A stretch of 64,000 nucleotides of DNA from Scyliorhinus canicula (Eukaryota). A model generated the notes under the pieces. It had not been told where the DNA came from. It saw only the letters and a list, made by a program, of their open reading frames with translations, and made no database searches. Within the stretch, counting starts at the first letter, position 1, and each line of letters opens with the position of its first letter. The DNA is taken from contig NC_052160.1 of NCBI RefSeq assembly GCF_902713615.1, positions 103,642,708 to 103,706,707 on the forward strand. The letters run 5' to 3'. A program made the position numbers and the translations under genes. This document shows, in pieces, positions 36,050 through 48,261 of this stretch.

Positions 36050-36660
36050 AACGCATCAGCCGATGGCATATCTGCGATCGTAGCGCACCTGGAACCGTGG
36101 GGGCATGGAGGAGGACACCCTCTCCCGGTGGCCGTCAAGGATTCCACTTCATGAACATGTGGCTGGTGTGCAGCAATGTGATGCACATTAAGCATGTCTG
36201 TGTCCAATACCCAGGATTGTGCACGACGTCTTCATCCTAGCACACCTCTGGATGAGGGGTTGACTCCTGGGCGACATGGATTATCTCCTGTGGTCATGGC
36301 TGATGACGCTTATCTGGAGGCCACATTGCGGTGACCTGCTGCAATTATGCCCATGGTGCGACCAGTGGTGCATCCTGAGGATGCGGTTCAGGTTCCTGGA
36401 CCATTCTAGAAGGGTCCTCCAGTATTGTGCGAGGAGAGTCTATCACATCATGGTGGCCTGCTGTCCTCCCCACAACATTGCGCAGCCCAGAAGCAACATG
36501 CTGGAGGAGGGAGATGAGCATCAGATCTTGTCTGGTGAGGAGGATGTAGGGGAGGGCCAAGATGGCAGGGCATGGGGCCCACAGACACAGGAGGACGCAC
36601 AATGTGTGCCTCAGGGCCGGTGCACATGAGACGCTCTGATCATCTCCAGGTTCGCCGACT
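36050..36660 (+). pseudogene. Harbinger DDE transposase (HARBI1-like) C-terminal part
   Basis: QGFHFMNMWLVC (cf. KGFHSLNVQLVC), GDMDYLLWSWLMT (cf. GDxGYPLxxWLMTP), RFRFLDHSRRVLQY..IMVACCPPHNIA. The N-terminal part is missing. Confidence 0.88.
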
Positions 36661-36999
36661 TGGGAGCCTGGCCAACGGAGGCACGAACATCCCATCCCAC
36701 CGTTACAACCCCGTCGACAGCCAGCTGACCTTCCCCTCCCATGGCCACCTTCCCTGCACCAACCCACCCCGGCCCCTCCCCACACCTGCCACCCCTCGTA
36801 ATTCCTACCTGCCTCACCTGGGTTATCAGAAACAGTGGGCCTGGTCCATGGGATGGAGGATGATGATGTTGCGAGGCACCGAGGTAGATTTGTGAACGTG
36901 TGTTATTATGAACAGGAGAACATGTTTCTAAACGTTTGTGCCCTAGCCCCTAACGCTAGCCTGTGTGCTGCACCATGCCACCTTAATTGGTGTCTAACT

Positions 37000-39060
37000 T
37001 TCCGGTCTCAAGAGCCTTAACGCTATGTCTTGGTGGATCCCCAGGCGGTACATCAGAGGTGGAGGTGTCTTGCTGTACTCCTGGCCTGTGACCATGGCCC
37101 TCTTTGGCGGCCGCCCTCTGGATTGACTGGGCCTGGATTTGCGCGGCAGTCTCTCAGATGTCCCAAGTGCCGTACTGCCACCCTGTTCTGCCCGCTGCCC
37201 ATCATGCACCAGGGACAGGAGGGGGGAATCCAAGGCTCTGTGGTGTTCTGGCACCTTCTCTGCGGGGGTCACCGGCATGCGCCCCATCACCTCTTCCTAC
37301 CTTGTGACGCCCGATGGTTTCCGGGCTTGGGATAGTGATGTGGCTGGAACAAGCTCCGGGGAAGCCCTCGCTACGTGGAACTGCAAGTCCTGGAAGCCAG
37401 CTATCATCTCGACCAGGATTTCAATGCTTGCAGCCATGGAGCACATGGACTCGGTCACCTCCCTCTGGGACTGTGCCATGTCACTCAGTAATCATGCCAA
37501 GTCACTCTGTGACTGGCTCAGATCAAATTGCGCACGGGCAATCCTGTTGATGTCTGCAACTGTGACTGAGCCAAGCTCTGGAGCGCCGCTGTAATGTCAA
37601 GGTGGTCCTGGTACATAGCTGCCTGTGACAGGACAGCCCTGTCCTGTGCCTCAGCCAGTGCCCAGACAGAGTGCCCCAGGCCTTGGATTTCCTGACTCAT
37701 GGCGGATACCTTTGCCCCTAAGGCCTCCACCGCAGATGCCACCCATGTGGTGTTGGCCTGGGTGGCACACATGGTTAGACTTCTCCAACTGCACATGTAG
37801 GTGTTGGATGGTTGCTGCCAATCCCTCATGTAGTCCCCGGCACTGTGTCTGCATCTCCAGCACCGAAGGGACCATCGTTTCCAGAAGCCCAAGACCCACC
37901 TGGCTGGTAGCTAGTCCCTACTGCCCGGCCACCCCCTCGGAGGTTCCTACCTTCACCTGATGTACCGCTGCCTGTGTGTGGTGCGCACCAGATAGTGCCG
38001 GGAGTCTTTTCACAAAGGTGGCCAACAGAGGTGAGTGCCTTTGGGATGGTGGAGGGTGTTGGAGGCCACTGTGATGGATAGTCGGTTTCATTCCCCAACT
38101 GGCGTTCCGCGATGTCACGGGCTGGTGTTTGGGGGCTTGTGTCGCTGTGCAGTGCCACCTCGCCACTCAACGTGTCCTGGGGTTATGGTTGGGGCGAGGG
38201 AACACCAGAAGAATGTGCCTTTGCGCCGAGTGATCCTGCAAGACATGGTGCATGGCTGGATTGCGGGTTGAGGTGATGGTGGTGGGGTGTTGGAGTTGGG
38301 CTGGGGAAGTGGAGTTGGGGTGGTGGGATGGTGTGGAGATGGTTGGGCGGTATGGGTATGGTGGGGTGGTGTGGGGGTTGTGCCACGTATGCCACCGCAA
38401 ATCAATGAGGGCTCACTTGTTTCCCCGATGCCGACCTCCGCCTTGACAACGACCCTCTCCCCGGGACCACCGATCAGATCCAGTGCTTGCTGCTCTGCGA
38501 TATTGTGGGGCCGCAGGTCCGGAGGGCCCCCTGCAGTCTTTTCTCTATCTCTGTGGTTGTGCACCACCTTCACCTGGGGCAGGGAGAGGGGGTAGGGGGG
38601 GTGGGTGGGGGGGGCGGCGAGGGGGCTGGAGACAGAAAGTGCCACACAGGGGGTGGGCAGCTGGTGGTGTTTGTGAACATGGGACCCAGCCATAGTGAAC
38701 GGTGTGGGTGCTGGCATGTGGTGTAATGTGGGTTGCAAGCAGACTGCCAGCGTGTGGGTTTCAGTCACCCTCTGGGTGGGAGGTGCAATATGGGCGTGCG
38801 GGTAGGGGGTTGGGGCCTGGGGCACAGTGCTGGATACTCACTCTGGCCGTCCTGAGGTTGTGCAGTTTTTTTCCGTCACTGCTGGTTGATCCTGGTGGTG
38901 GGGCCCACGGTGCTCACGGCCTCTGCCACCTGCACCCAGGTCCAGTGTATGGTGGCAGGTGGCAGCCTCCTTCCCACCCGGGGTACAGGTTGCCCCCCTC
39001 TCCTCCATGACATCCATCAGGGTCTGGAGCTCCGCATCTGTAACATGGGGTGCCTCTCAT
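37000..39060 (-). pseudogene. Harbinger Myb/SANT-like DNA-binding gene, multi-exon, disrupted
   Basis: APHVTDAELQTLMDVMEER..WVQVAEAVS..RKKLHNLR; donor GTGAGT ~38841; acceptor ccccag ~38575; exon VKVVHNHRDREKTAGGPPDLR; donor ~38416; acceptor ttgcag ~38236. Confidence 0.8.
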
Positions 39061-39628
39061 CGGGTTGCTACCTTGTTGGCTGTGCGTGGGGAGTAGAGTG
39101 CTCATGTGGGGCTGCAGCTTGTCAGTCTCTCAAGTGCCAATCACGACCCTGGCGAATCGGACACCATTTTTCATTGGAATTGTTCTAGTTCCACATGGCG
39201 CCGGTACGAGCCCATTAACTAATCCTGAATTGTTCCGGGACAGGCGTTGCTTCCGTGGTTGTGGAACATCACCCGATTCAGTCCCGACCTCGGCACTCCG
39301 GTCTTTGTCTCTGAAACAGAGAATCCAGCACTCTGTTCCTTCTCACCTCCAGCTTTAATGGGAGGCCCCTTAGTTTTAAATCTTTCCCCCTGGTATAGAT
39401 TCCCCCCGTGAGAGGAAGCATCCTCTCAGCATCCATCCTGCCAAGCCCTTCAAGAATCATCTATGTTCCCATAAGAGCCCATCACATTCTTTTAAATTCC
39501 AATGTGTATAGGCCTCCCTATTCAACCTTGCTTCATAAGATAATCCCAGCATCGCAGCAATCAGCTGAGTGAACCCTCTCTGAATTGCTTCTAATGCAAG
39601 TATATTCTTCCTGAAGTAAGGAGACCAG

Positions 39629-39765
39629 GGGCAGGATTCTCCGTTGTGAGTCCACCTCGTTACCGCTGCCGGCGAGGACGGAGAATTCGGCGCACAGCCA
39701 AATCTCCATTCACTATCGAGGGAACATAGAATCCCGCCAGTGTGAAGAAATGGAGAATCAAAGTG
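39629..39765. mobile_element. Harbinger-type MITE
   Basis: gggcaggattctcc / ggagaatcaaagtg with exact CAG TSD; removing it restores CR1 ggagaccagaaccgtaca. Confidence 0.82.
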
Positions 39766-40414
39766 CAGAACCGTACACCGTACTCCAGGAGCAGTCTCAC
39801 TTACGCTTTGTACCGTTTTAGCAAGATTTCCCTACTTTTGTACTGCATCCTCCTTGCAATAAAGGCCAATATTCCATTTGCCTTTGTAATTACTTGCTGT
39901 AGCTGCTTGCTAACATCTGCAATTCATGTACAACGACACCCTTTGCACGGCAGCATTCTACACTCTCTGTCTATTTAAATAATACAATCCATTCTTCTAT
40001 TCAATTTTCCCTGACAAAATGGAAAATCTCACTTTTTCCCACAGTACTCTCCATCCGCCAAATTTGAAACCACTCATTTAACGTATCTGTCTCTTATTGC
40101 AGACTCTTTGCATCCTCTTTACAACTTACTTTCCTACCTATCCTTGTACCTTCAGCAAAGCTGGTTACAATAGTCTGTCCTTTTATCCACGTCATTAATG
40201 TAGATTAAAAATAGTTGATTTCTCAACACTGATCCATGTGGCATTCTACTAGTTACAATTTGCCAACCTGGAAATGATCCACTTATCCTGGCTGTGTTTA
40301 TTGTTAGGTAGCCAATCCTCTAACCATGCTAATATATCAGCCCCAAACTTGAACTCTTGTCTCAAACAGTAACCTTTTATTTTGCACCTTATTAAATGCC
40401 ATTTGAAAATCCAA

Positions 40415-40642
40415 CTAGTTGGTTAGCTCAGTTGGCTGGATAGCTGGTTCGTCATGTGGATCCACGGCAACAGTGCGGGTTCAATTCCTGTACCAGCTGA
40501 GGCTATTTATGAAGGCCCTGCCTTCTCAACCTTAACCTTCACCTGAGGTGTGGTGACCCTCAGGTTAAATCACCACCAGTCAGCTCTGAAAGGGGATAGC
40601 AGCATATGGTCCTCTGTGACTGTGGTGACATTTACATTTTAC
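40415..40642 (+). mobile_element. tRNA-derived SINE (family C)
   Basis: A-box tagctcagttgg; B-box ggttcaattcc; internal hairpin acctgagg..cctcaggt; (tttaca) tail. Confidence 0.78.
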
Positions 40643-41164
40643 ACAATATCTACTGATTCCCCTTTATCCATCCTGATTGTTACATCCTCAATGAATTCAA
40701 ATAAATTTGTCAAACATGATCTTCCTTTCATAAAACCATGTTGACTCTGCCTGACTGTATTATGAATCTCTAAACATCCTGCTACAACCTGCTAAATAAT
40801 GGTTCCCAGCATTTTCCTAATGACAGATGTTAGACAAACAGCCCTCAATTTCCACCTTCTTGTCTTCTTCTTTTCATCATCAATGCTAGTACATTTGCAG
40901 CTTTCTCATTTGCTGGCACCATTCCAGAATCCAGGGAATTTCGGAAGGTGACAACCAACGCATTCATAAAAAATGGCTTCTACATGTCACTTCTGATTCT
41001 TTTACCAATCACTTTAAATCTGTGTCCTCAATGGTCTAGCCATTGGAAAATGTTTCTTCTTATTCCGTCTGTCAAAACCTTTCATGATTTCGAACACCTT
41101 TATCAAATCCCTTCTCTGCTGCTGCATCCCCATCTCTCTGGCTAACTAATTTCCTCAGCCCTGG

Positions 41165-41450
41165 TGGTGCTGGTGTGTTACAGTTCATTCAGGGAGTCCA
41201 GGTCACTCTGGCAAGATGTACTCAGAGATAGTAGAGGCTGCAACTTGTTTTCCATCACATGGCTGACTAGGAATCTCTCTCACACTTATCGCCTGCCACT
41301 GGCGTGTGCTGGGAGGATTTGCAGGTTGATACTCAACCTGTTTGGCCAGGTTATGAAGGCACCTCCCTTGGCCATCAAGTCCTGGGTGGGACTCAAACAT
41401 AGAGCTTCTGGCTCAGATGCAGGGACTCCACCTTTTGCATCACAAGACTC
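41165..41450 (-). mobile_element. tRNA-derived SINE (family D), diverged
   Basis: Minus-strand head gagtcttgtgatgca..tctgagccagaagctc..gtttgagtccc; interrupts CR1 sequence. Confidence 0.6.
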
Positions 41451-41610
41451 ATTTATCCCCGGTACCATTCTAAAACAATCAGCTGCACCCCCTCTCAAGC
41501 TTCAACATTCTTCCTGAAGTGCAGTGCCCAAAGTTGAGCCCACTATTCCAGCTGAGGCCTAACCAGTGTTTTATAAAGGATCAGCATAACTTCTTTGTAT
41601 TTGACTCTAT

Positions 41611-42327
41611 GGTTTTGGATGTTCGCCATGACAAAGAGCCTCGCCAACGTGGCCGAGATGGCAAGTATACCCGGAGGTCCCGTCCCTAAACACAGCACTT
41701 CCTATTTTTGCAGAGGCCGGATTGGAGTCAGGCCAGGGTTCGTGCATGCATGGTTTACAGAGGCAGCTGGCCATTTAAGTCATCAGTTGCATTCACTGAA
41801 GTGGGATTCTGGTCGGTCGGGAGGTGTGTGCAGGTAAGGGCTGGTCTCAACTGTCATCATTCCTGTTAAAATAAACTGCCCAAATCATCAAGAGGACCTG
41901 TCAAAAGTAACTGTCAAAGGTAACTGTCAACCTGCAGATGTATCTAAAAGATCATAACCTGGAGGGTTATGAGGGGAGGATACAGGGGCATTGGTTGGCA
42001 TGGTGGGTATGGGGATGGTACAGGTTGAGGTGACACGTGTTGGCATGAATGGGGCATGGGGAGTGTGTGAAGTTTGAGGGGGCCTGAGGGTTGAGGGCTG
42101 GAGGATGTTTCTTTTTTGTTTTTTCCTGTCTTTCACACAGTGTTAGTGCACAGAGGCAGGCCCACCCCTGACAGCCTTTGCACCCATTCCAGGGGTGGTG
42201 GGTTCAACTTCCAATCCAGCCCTGGAGCAAGAATCCCAACTCCTGGGCCTCTTGTTCCCATGTCAGTTTTACTGAGCAGGAAATGTCCCACGTATGTGGT
42301 GCAGACCCGGGAGCCACAATCCAGGCA
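41611..42327. mobile_element. Non-autonomous Harbinger-type element in old CR1
   Basis: Degenerate TIRs ggttttggatgtt / acaatccaggca; flanks tat/tgt; CR1 (actctat|gcctctattaataaa) is restored on removal; repeated aactgtcaa motifs. Confidence 0.65.
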
Positions 42328-42784
42328 TGTGCCTCTATTAATAAAACCAAGTATCCCACGGTTTTTCAACAGCCTTCTTGTCCTGTCACCTTCAAAGACT
42401 GTCCATATACCCCAAGGCATCCTGTTTCTGCACAAATTTCAAAATTGCACCATTTATACTGCTGTTCCTCAGTCCTCTTCTCAAAATATATCAATTCCGA
42501 CTTTTCTGTAATTACATCTATCAATGTGTCTGCCGATTTCACCACTCTGTGTCCTCTTGGAGTTTCTCCAATATTTCTGATTGTTTATTATATTCTGGGT
42601 TTAATGTCCTCTTACAAACAGTGAAATTATACTCTGTCCTCATAAGTCCAGGTCATGAACGTTTACCCAAATGTACAGTGCTCAGACCCAAGGAAAACAT
42701 CACCATAAACTTTCCCCCTGTCTGAAAAGCAAACGTCCACATTAATCTCTACTTTCTGTTCCTTCGTCAATTTTGTATCGACTG

Positions 42785-43020
42785 AGAGCAGCACGGTGGC
42801 ACAGTGGTTAGCATTGCTGGCCAAGGCACTGAGGACCCGGGTTTGAATACCGGCCCTGGGTCACTGTCCGTGTGGAGTTTGTACATTCTCCCTGTGTCTG
42901 CGTGGGTTTCACCCTCACAACCCAAAAGATGTGCAGGAAAGGTGGATTGGCCACGCATAATTGCCCCTTAATTGGAAAAAATAATTGGGTATGCTAAATT
43001 TTAAAAAATAAATAACATTT
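42785..43020 (+). mobile_element. V-SINE variant with short AT-rich tail
   Basis: gcagcacggtggcacagtggttagc head; tail aattggaaaaaataattggg..aaatttt. Antisense tail copy at 47775-47895. Confidence 0.85.
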
Positions 43021-43304
43021 TGTATCCACTGTCCTTTTAACCTCGTGGGTGTTAATTTTGCTGACGAATCTATTATGTGACATGCTGCAAAATATATTTT
43101 GAATGTTCATATATACAAAATTGTATGTTGACCTGAGAAACAGAGAAGGACAATCATATTGTTGGGAGTATAATATAGACCATCCCCCGAAAGAGTCAGA
43201 CGTAGATGGAAGAGTAAATATCGAGGCAAATTGCTGAAAAGTGCAGAAGGGATCCAGCAATGATAGGGGATTTCAACTACCCTAATATGAACAGGGACAA
43301 ACTT

Positions 43305-43457
43305 GGCCGAAATTCTCTGTTCCCGCTGTCAGCGCACCCCGCCCACGGGTTTCCTGGTGGCATGGGCAGTCTTCAATAGGAAATCACATTGATCGCAGTG
43401 GGAACAGAGTCCCGCGCAGTCAAGGAACATGTGGCTAGGGACCGGAGAATACAGCCC
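43305..43457. mobile_element. Harbinger-type MITE
   Basis: ggccgaaattctctg / cggagaatacagccc. Confidence 0.78.
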
Positions 43458-43474
43458 TTAGTGTAAAAGATAGA

Positions 43475-43645
43475 GGGCAGGATTTACCGACTGTTCACGC
43501 CGGCGGGAAAGCCGCACGGCTTTCCGGCGACCAGGGGTGTTGCCAATGTTAAATCCTATTGACAACAGCGGAACCGGTAAATCCCGCTGGCGGGCTGCCA
43601 CCTCCGCTGAAAAACACATGGCGGGGTGATCGGTGAATCCCACCT
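43475..43645. mobile_element. Harbinger-type MITE
   Basis: gggcaggatttaccg / cggtgaatcccacct; exact AGA TSD. Confidence 0.82.
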
Positions 43646-43724
43646 AGAGGGTGCAAAACTCTTAAAACGTATTAAGGAGAATCTTTTTTTCAGGCCAACA
43701 AGGAAAGGGCAAGTTGTAGACTTA

Positions 43725-43846
43725 GGGTGGGCTTTTCCAGTCCTTCCCACTGGCAGAATCGTCCTGTCCCGCTGACAGCTATGTGCGAGCGGTTCTACCT
43801 CCAGAGAAACCACCGGGCTGGGGAGAGGGACTGGAAAATCTCAGCT
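43725..43846. mobile_element. Harbinger-type MITE
   Basis: gggtgggcttttccag / ctggaaaatctcagct; flanks tta/ata. Confidence 0.75.
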
Positions 43847-44358
43847 ATAGTTTTCGGGAATTAGGAAGGAGTGTCCGTGGAACAGTACTTTAGTGGTAAT
43901 TATAATTCGATCAGATTCAGATTTACTGGGGAAACGAATACTGATAGACCAGAATAAAAGTTTTACATTGCATGAAGCTGAGATGTGATTTGGCTTTAAC
44001 CAGCTACTTGAAGGTAAGAAGCAGTGTCAGAGCACTGGAAGACATTCATTCCCGAAGTTAGCAGAACAGGAAGATAAGGTGGCAAAGAAGGTATCTAGGC
44101 TAAGAGATCAGGGAGATTTGCTAGAACTTATAAAACACTTGTTACACTTCTATTAGCGGGGATCTGGAACTTATCACCTGAAATGCTGGTAGATGCAAAA
44201 ATCTTCACTAAATTTAATATAACACTTGGATTTGTTCTGTAAGTGCTGTAGCCGACAGGGCTGCAGACTGAAAGTTGGAAGGTGGAATTATACGCGATTA
44301 TTCTTTTATTTCAACTCAAACACGAGACTTCCTTCAGTGCTGGGAACATTTCTATGCT

Positions 44359-44573
44359 TCAAGGAACACGTGGTTGGGGGACCGGAGAATACAGCCCTTA
44401 GTGTAAAAGATAGAGGGCAGGATTTACCGACTGTTCACGCCGGCGGGAAATTCCAGTCCCACGCTGACCGCACAGCTTTCCGGCGACGAGGGGTGTTGCC
44501 AACGTTAAATCCTATTGACACCAGCGGAACCGGTAAATCCCGCTGGCGGGCTGCCACCTCCGCCGAAAAACAC
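44359..44573 (+). repeat. Local duplicate of 43420-43617
   Basis: Direct repeat covering one MITE end, a 17-bp CR1 spacer and most of the next MITE. Confidence 0.95.
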
Positions 44574-45261
44574 TACACTATTCAAACCTCTTTGCTATTT
44601 CATCAAAGAACTGACTCAAATTAAACACAATTTACCTTCAACAATCCTTTCTGTCGTTCATTTATTAGCCCATATCTTACAATTGTCAATTTATTTGCAC
44701 TGAATCATTGTCACTAAAAGCATTTCCACAACTAGCCACTGCATCATCCCTCTCATCTAAGGAGACTGTGGCAGGTGCATCTGCAATTTCCCTGCTAGCT
44801 TCCCTCAGCAGCCAAAGATATATCTCATCCAGACTGGGTGTTTTTTTTTTAATTTGAGTGCGAGTCACCTGTTAAGTGCTTCATCTTTATCTATTTCTGC
44901 CCTATACAATAGCAGCAACCTCTTCTGTGCAAAGTACTCATTTCAGCCATGCTCTCACATTCCAAAGGAGATCTATTTTTTCATAATGAATGACCCTAGC
45001 CTTTGTCGGACTGCTCTTTTACTATTTATATGTTTATAAAAGACTTTTTGTTTCCATTTGCTTTACCCAGTAATTCATTCTCAAGATCTCTTTCTGCCTC
45101 CCTTGTTTCCTTTCTGTTCTTCACTGCATTTTTTATATTCAGGTCAGTTCCTTATTGAATTACAAAACAATATTTATCATAAGTTTTCTTGATCAGTTTT
45201 ATTATTCTTGTCAATTGATATCTTCCTACAGTCGACGACTTGCTTCCTCATTATTAACCAC

Positions 45262-45437
45262 AGGCTGGATTCTCCAATCCCCCAGTTGCATGTTTCTTAA
45301 CCGTGTGCCGTTCATTGGCGACGGGATTCTCTGATTCCGCTGCTGTCAATGTGATTTCCCATTTAAGACATCCTATGCCATTGGGGAATCCGTTCCAACA
45401 GGAACAGTGAATCCCAACGGCCAAAGCATTCCCACCT
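45262..45437. mobile_element. Harbinger-type MITE within old CR1 (-) remnants (~44600-45800)
   Basis: aggctggattctcc left TIR; degenerate right end; central gtcaatgtgatttcccatt. Confidence 0.7.
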
Positions 45438-46857
45438 ATATCACAATATTTTGTGCCATCTCCAAACTTCTTAATCATGCCCTCTACATTTAAACATATT
45501 TAGTCATGCAGGAGCCCTAGCTTTGCATGCCCGTCTTTCTCCTTGTGGAAATGTGTTTACTCTGTACCCAATCCATCTCTTCCTTGAAGGCCTTCCATTG
45601 TTAAAGGAATAGATTGCCTACTAATTTCTGAATCCAATCAATCAAGGTCAATTCTCTCTTCAATTCACTGCAGTTATCCCTCTTCCAGTTGGATATTTTA
45701 AAATGTGTTTATTCTTGTTCTTTCCTGTAACTATTCCAAGTCAATGATATTATGATCACTATTGCCCAATTCTCCCCTGCTGAAACATGTGACAGTCAGA
45801 TTGCCAGTTGCAAAAATGTATGCCCATTGCCCAGTGGCAGCAAAACCCCGATGACCACAGCATTTCTATACTTTGCTGTGTCCCATGGGTGCAGCTGTTT
45901 GCCCCAAGGTGCTATGGATGTACTCAAGACTGCACTCTCCTGTCATTTTCGTCATTCTCACTGGTATTCAGTGCTGAAAACTGGTATGAGAATGCTCCAC
46001 TCCCAACACTGCCTACCTCTTTCTACCCTGCCGATGGGCCACCCACTGACTATACTCTCGAACTCTCAGCAACTGCAGGGTGAATTTGTGTTCCAAGCAA
46101 TTCTCAGTGAGAGTTCTTTATACAATGCTTCCGGATATTTGCCAAGAAATCATGAGCTTGCGTTCAAGCAACTAGAAGCCCTTCCTGCATATGTGGCTAT
46201 TAGGACACATGGTGTGTCCTGGAGCTGCCACATGGGACAGGAATTACAGACAATAGATCTCAGCAGCCCTATTGGTTAATTTAACACCCTATTCACTTGG
46301 GTCTTCTATATAAATTCACCCAAACATCAAAAAATGCAAAAGATTGGAGAACTTAATCACAAATTGAGTTCCTGTGATCCTCTGCAGTCGTTTAAAAAAA
46401 ATTGCAATAGAATCAAACCTTGCCCATGAACTGGTCATGCCCCTGATTAGATTAATCGTCACTGGGAGTTTCTACTCATTTTGCAGTCCTTTGAAGAGGT
46501 TCTAAAAATTAAATTTATTCTTTTGGGGGCAAGAACATTAATAAGCACATTTTAAAAGCTTTTGCAGCTAGTTTTTCTCCGTTACTTTATGAAGAAACCA
46601 ATCACAATGCAATTAGCAAATGATTCTGTATATTCTTTAAAAAGGTCATTTTCAGTAACTAAAAACCACATTGCCAACGGATAATGGCGGATTGATAGCG
46701 TGATTATAAATGCTTTCAATATATTTTCTACTGTCTTAATTAAACCTTGCCAAGTTATCACCCTTAAATATATCAGGGAAGATTCCTTGAAGCAAAATGT
46801 ATTGAAAAAATTAAGTTTGACAAGTTTGCTTAACTACAGTGACTCTGGGGAGAATTT

Positions 46858-47760
46858 GGCTTGGATTCTTTGCCGCCTGCCGCCAGAAGCAGAGTTCCCT
46901 ATGTGGTGGAGAATCGGGCATTCGGGGTAAAAATGGGATTGGCGCCCATTTGCGATGCTCCAGACCCCTGCTTCTGGCGGGATCGGGGTTCAGCCCTTGC
47001 GCCAGCGGGAGGATGCAATTGGAAGCAAATGGTTCCTAATGACCCATTTGCATCTACTTAGTGGGCCGGGCACCAGAATCTCCAGGCCTGTGAGATTCTC
47101 CGGTCCTCTGGGCCAGGAATCACGTGGGCGGGTATCACTAATGGTATTTACCAGCATGGCCCTGATGTGGTGAACCTCGCGGTAGGTCAAGGGGGTAACT
47201 CCTTAAAGGAGTTGCCCCCAAAGTTTATCCAAGGGCACCCTCCCCCTCCACAATGCAAGACCTGCCCACCTCACACCCACTAGATTCCCCCAAACATCCT
47301 CCCCAGAGACCCCGTAAATAAGGAGCCCTTCCCTGGAGACCTCCTAAAGAAACCCCCTAAATAATGGGTCCCCCGAGACCACCTAAATAGGGAGAACCCT
47401 CCAGAGACTCCCTAAAAGGGACCCCCAGAGAACCACAAAATAAAGAGATCCCTCCCAAGACCCCCTCAATACAGGGACCCTCCCAGAAACCCCCTAAATA
47501 AAGGAACCCCCTCCACCAGAGACCACCCAAAAAAGAAGTCTGGGTTTAAGCTAGAGAACAGTCCAGACAGGAGCAAGTGAAAAATATTACTGTTATAACA
47601 CTCACCTGGGCAGACAGTTGCTGGCTCAGACAGAGGAAACACCACGTGCCAATTCCTGGAAAGAATAAACCAGTGACCTGTGTTTAAACCCCTCAGATCC
47701 TTGAGGTGCAGGTCATGCATTCAATTCCCTTAGTGAGCTCTGATTAAGCATCCATAAACA
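46858..47760. mobile_element. Left arm of a longer Harbinger-type element
   Basis: ggcttggattct TIR-like start; internal ggagaatcggg motifs; contains a minisatellite. Confidence 0.6.
47290..47528 (+). repeat. Degenerate minisatellite, ~28-30-bp unit, ~8-9 copies
   Basis: Repeated ccc(c)agagacccc(c)taaata(g)ggagac. Confidence 0.85.
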
Positions 47761-48261
47761 CAGGTGTCAGCCTTGTTTCTTTTTTTAAATAAATTTAAAG
47801 TACCCAATTCTTTTTTTTTTCAAATGAAAGGACAAATTAGCGTGGCCAATTCACCTACCCTGCACATCTTTGGTTATGGGGGTGAGACCCATGCTGCCGT
47901 TTCTGGGAGACACTCATTCATCTCTAAGTAAACACCCTCAGGGAGTGCAGGGCATATGTTTGCGATGCCCCCTCTACCAGCTCAAAAACTATCACCTCAT
48001 TTGGTATGTGCTTAGAGCTATGTTAGAGTTCACAGCCTGATTTTGAGCACCACATGAGCACATGACTGACGCCCAACTATGACAGCCAAGGCCACTGACA
48101 CTCAGGACACTGTGGCAGATCATACCTCTGCTGAACCCGAGGCTGATGATTTACCTCTGGAGTTGTCCACGAGGCCGCAGCTGCTGGATTTACAACATGA
48201 CCTGAGTGAATACCTTACATAGATTCTGGAAGGTATCATAACCCTGACTGGTCCAGTGGAG

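Larger units (their letters stand above)
36011..39331. mobile_element. PIF/Harbinger DNA transposon, two-gene type, decayed
   Basis: TIRs gggcaggattctctg / cagagaatccagcac; flanks tat/tct; convergent nuclease (+) and Myb/SANT (-) remnants. Confidence 0.9.
35830..40950 (-). mobile_element. Old CR1 LINE hosting the Harbinger element, a MITE and a SINE
   Basis: cataagaaatag tail at ~35833; CR1 resumes at 39332 and runs through RT-like sequence (tttgtcaaacatgat..cctttcataaaaccatgttgact). Confidence 0.8.
43130..44350 (+). mobile_element. Old CR1 (endonuclease region and 3' end) carrying three MITEs
   Basis: LLGVLYRPP, IGDFNYPN, PTRK..VDL; 3' ggatctggaac..ctggtagatgc. Confidence 0.75.

Noticed and set aside
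36276-36629. Possible domesticated HARBI1 gene
   Set aside because: Truncated, frameshifted, bounded by TIRs and inserted in a CR1, so it is a transposon copy.
40415-40495. tRNA-like A and B boxes
   Set aside because: No convincing cloverleaf; it continues into a SINE body and tail.
47290-47528. Repeat array of CRISPR-like unit length
   Set aside because: Degenerate tandem units without unique spacers, no cas genes, and a vertebrate context.
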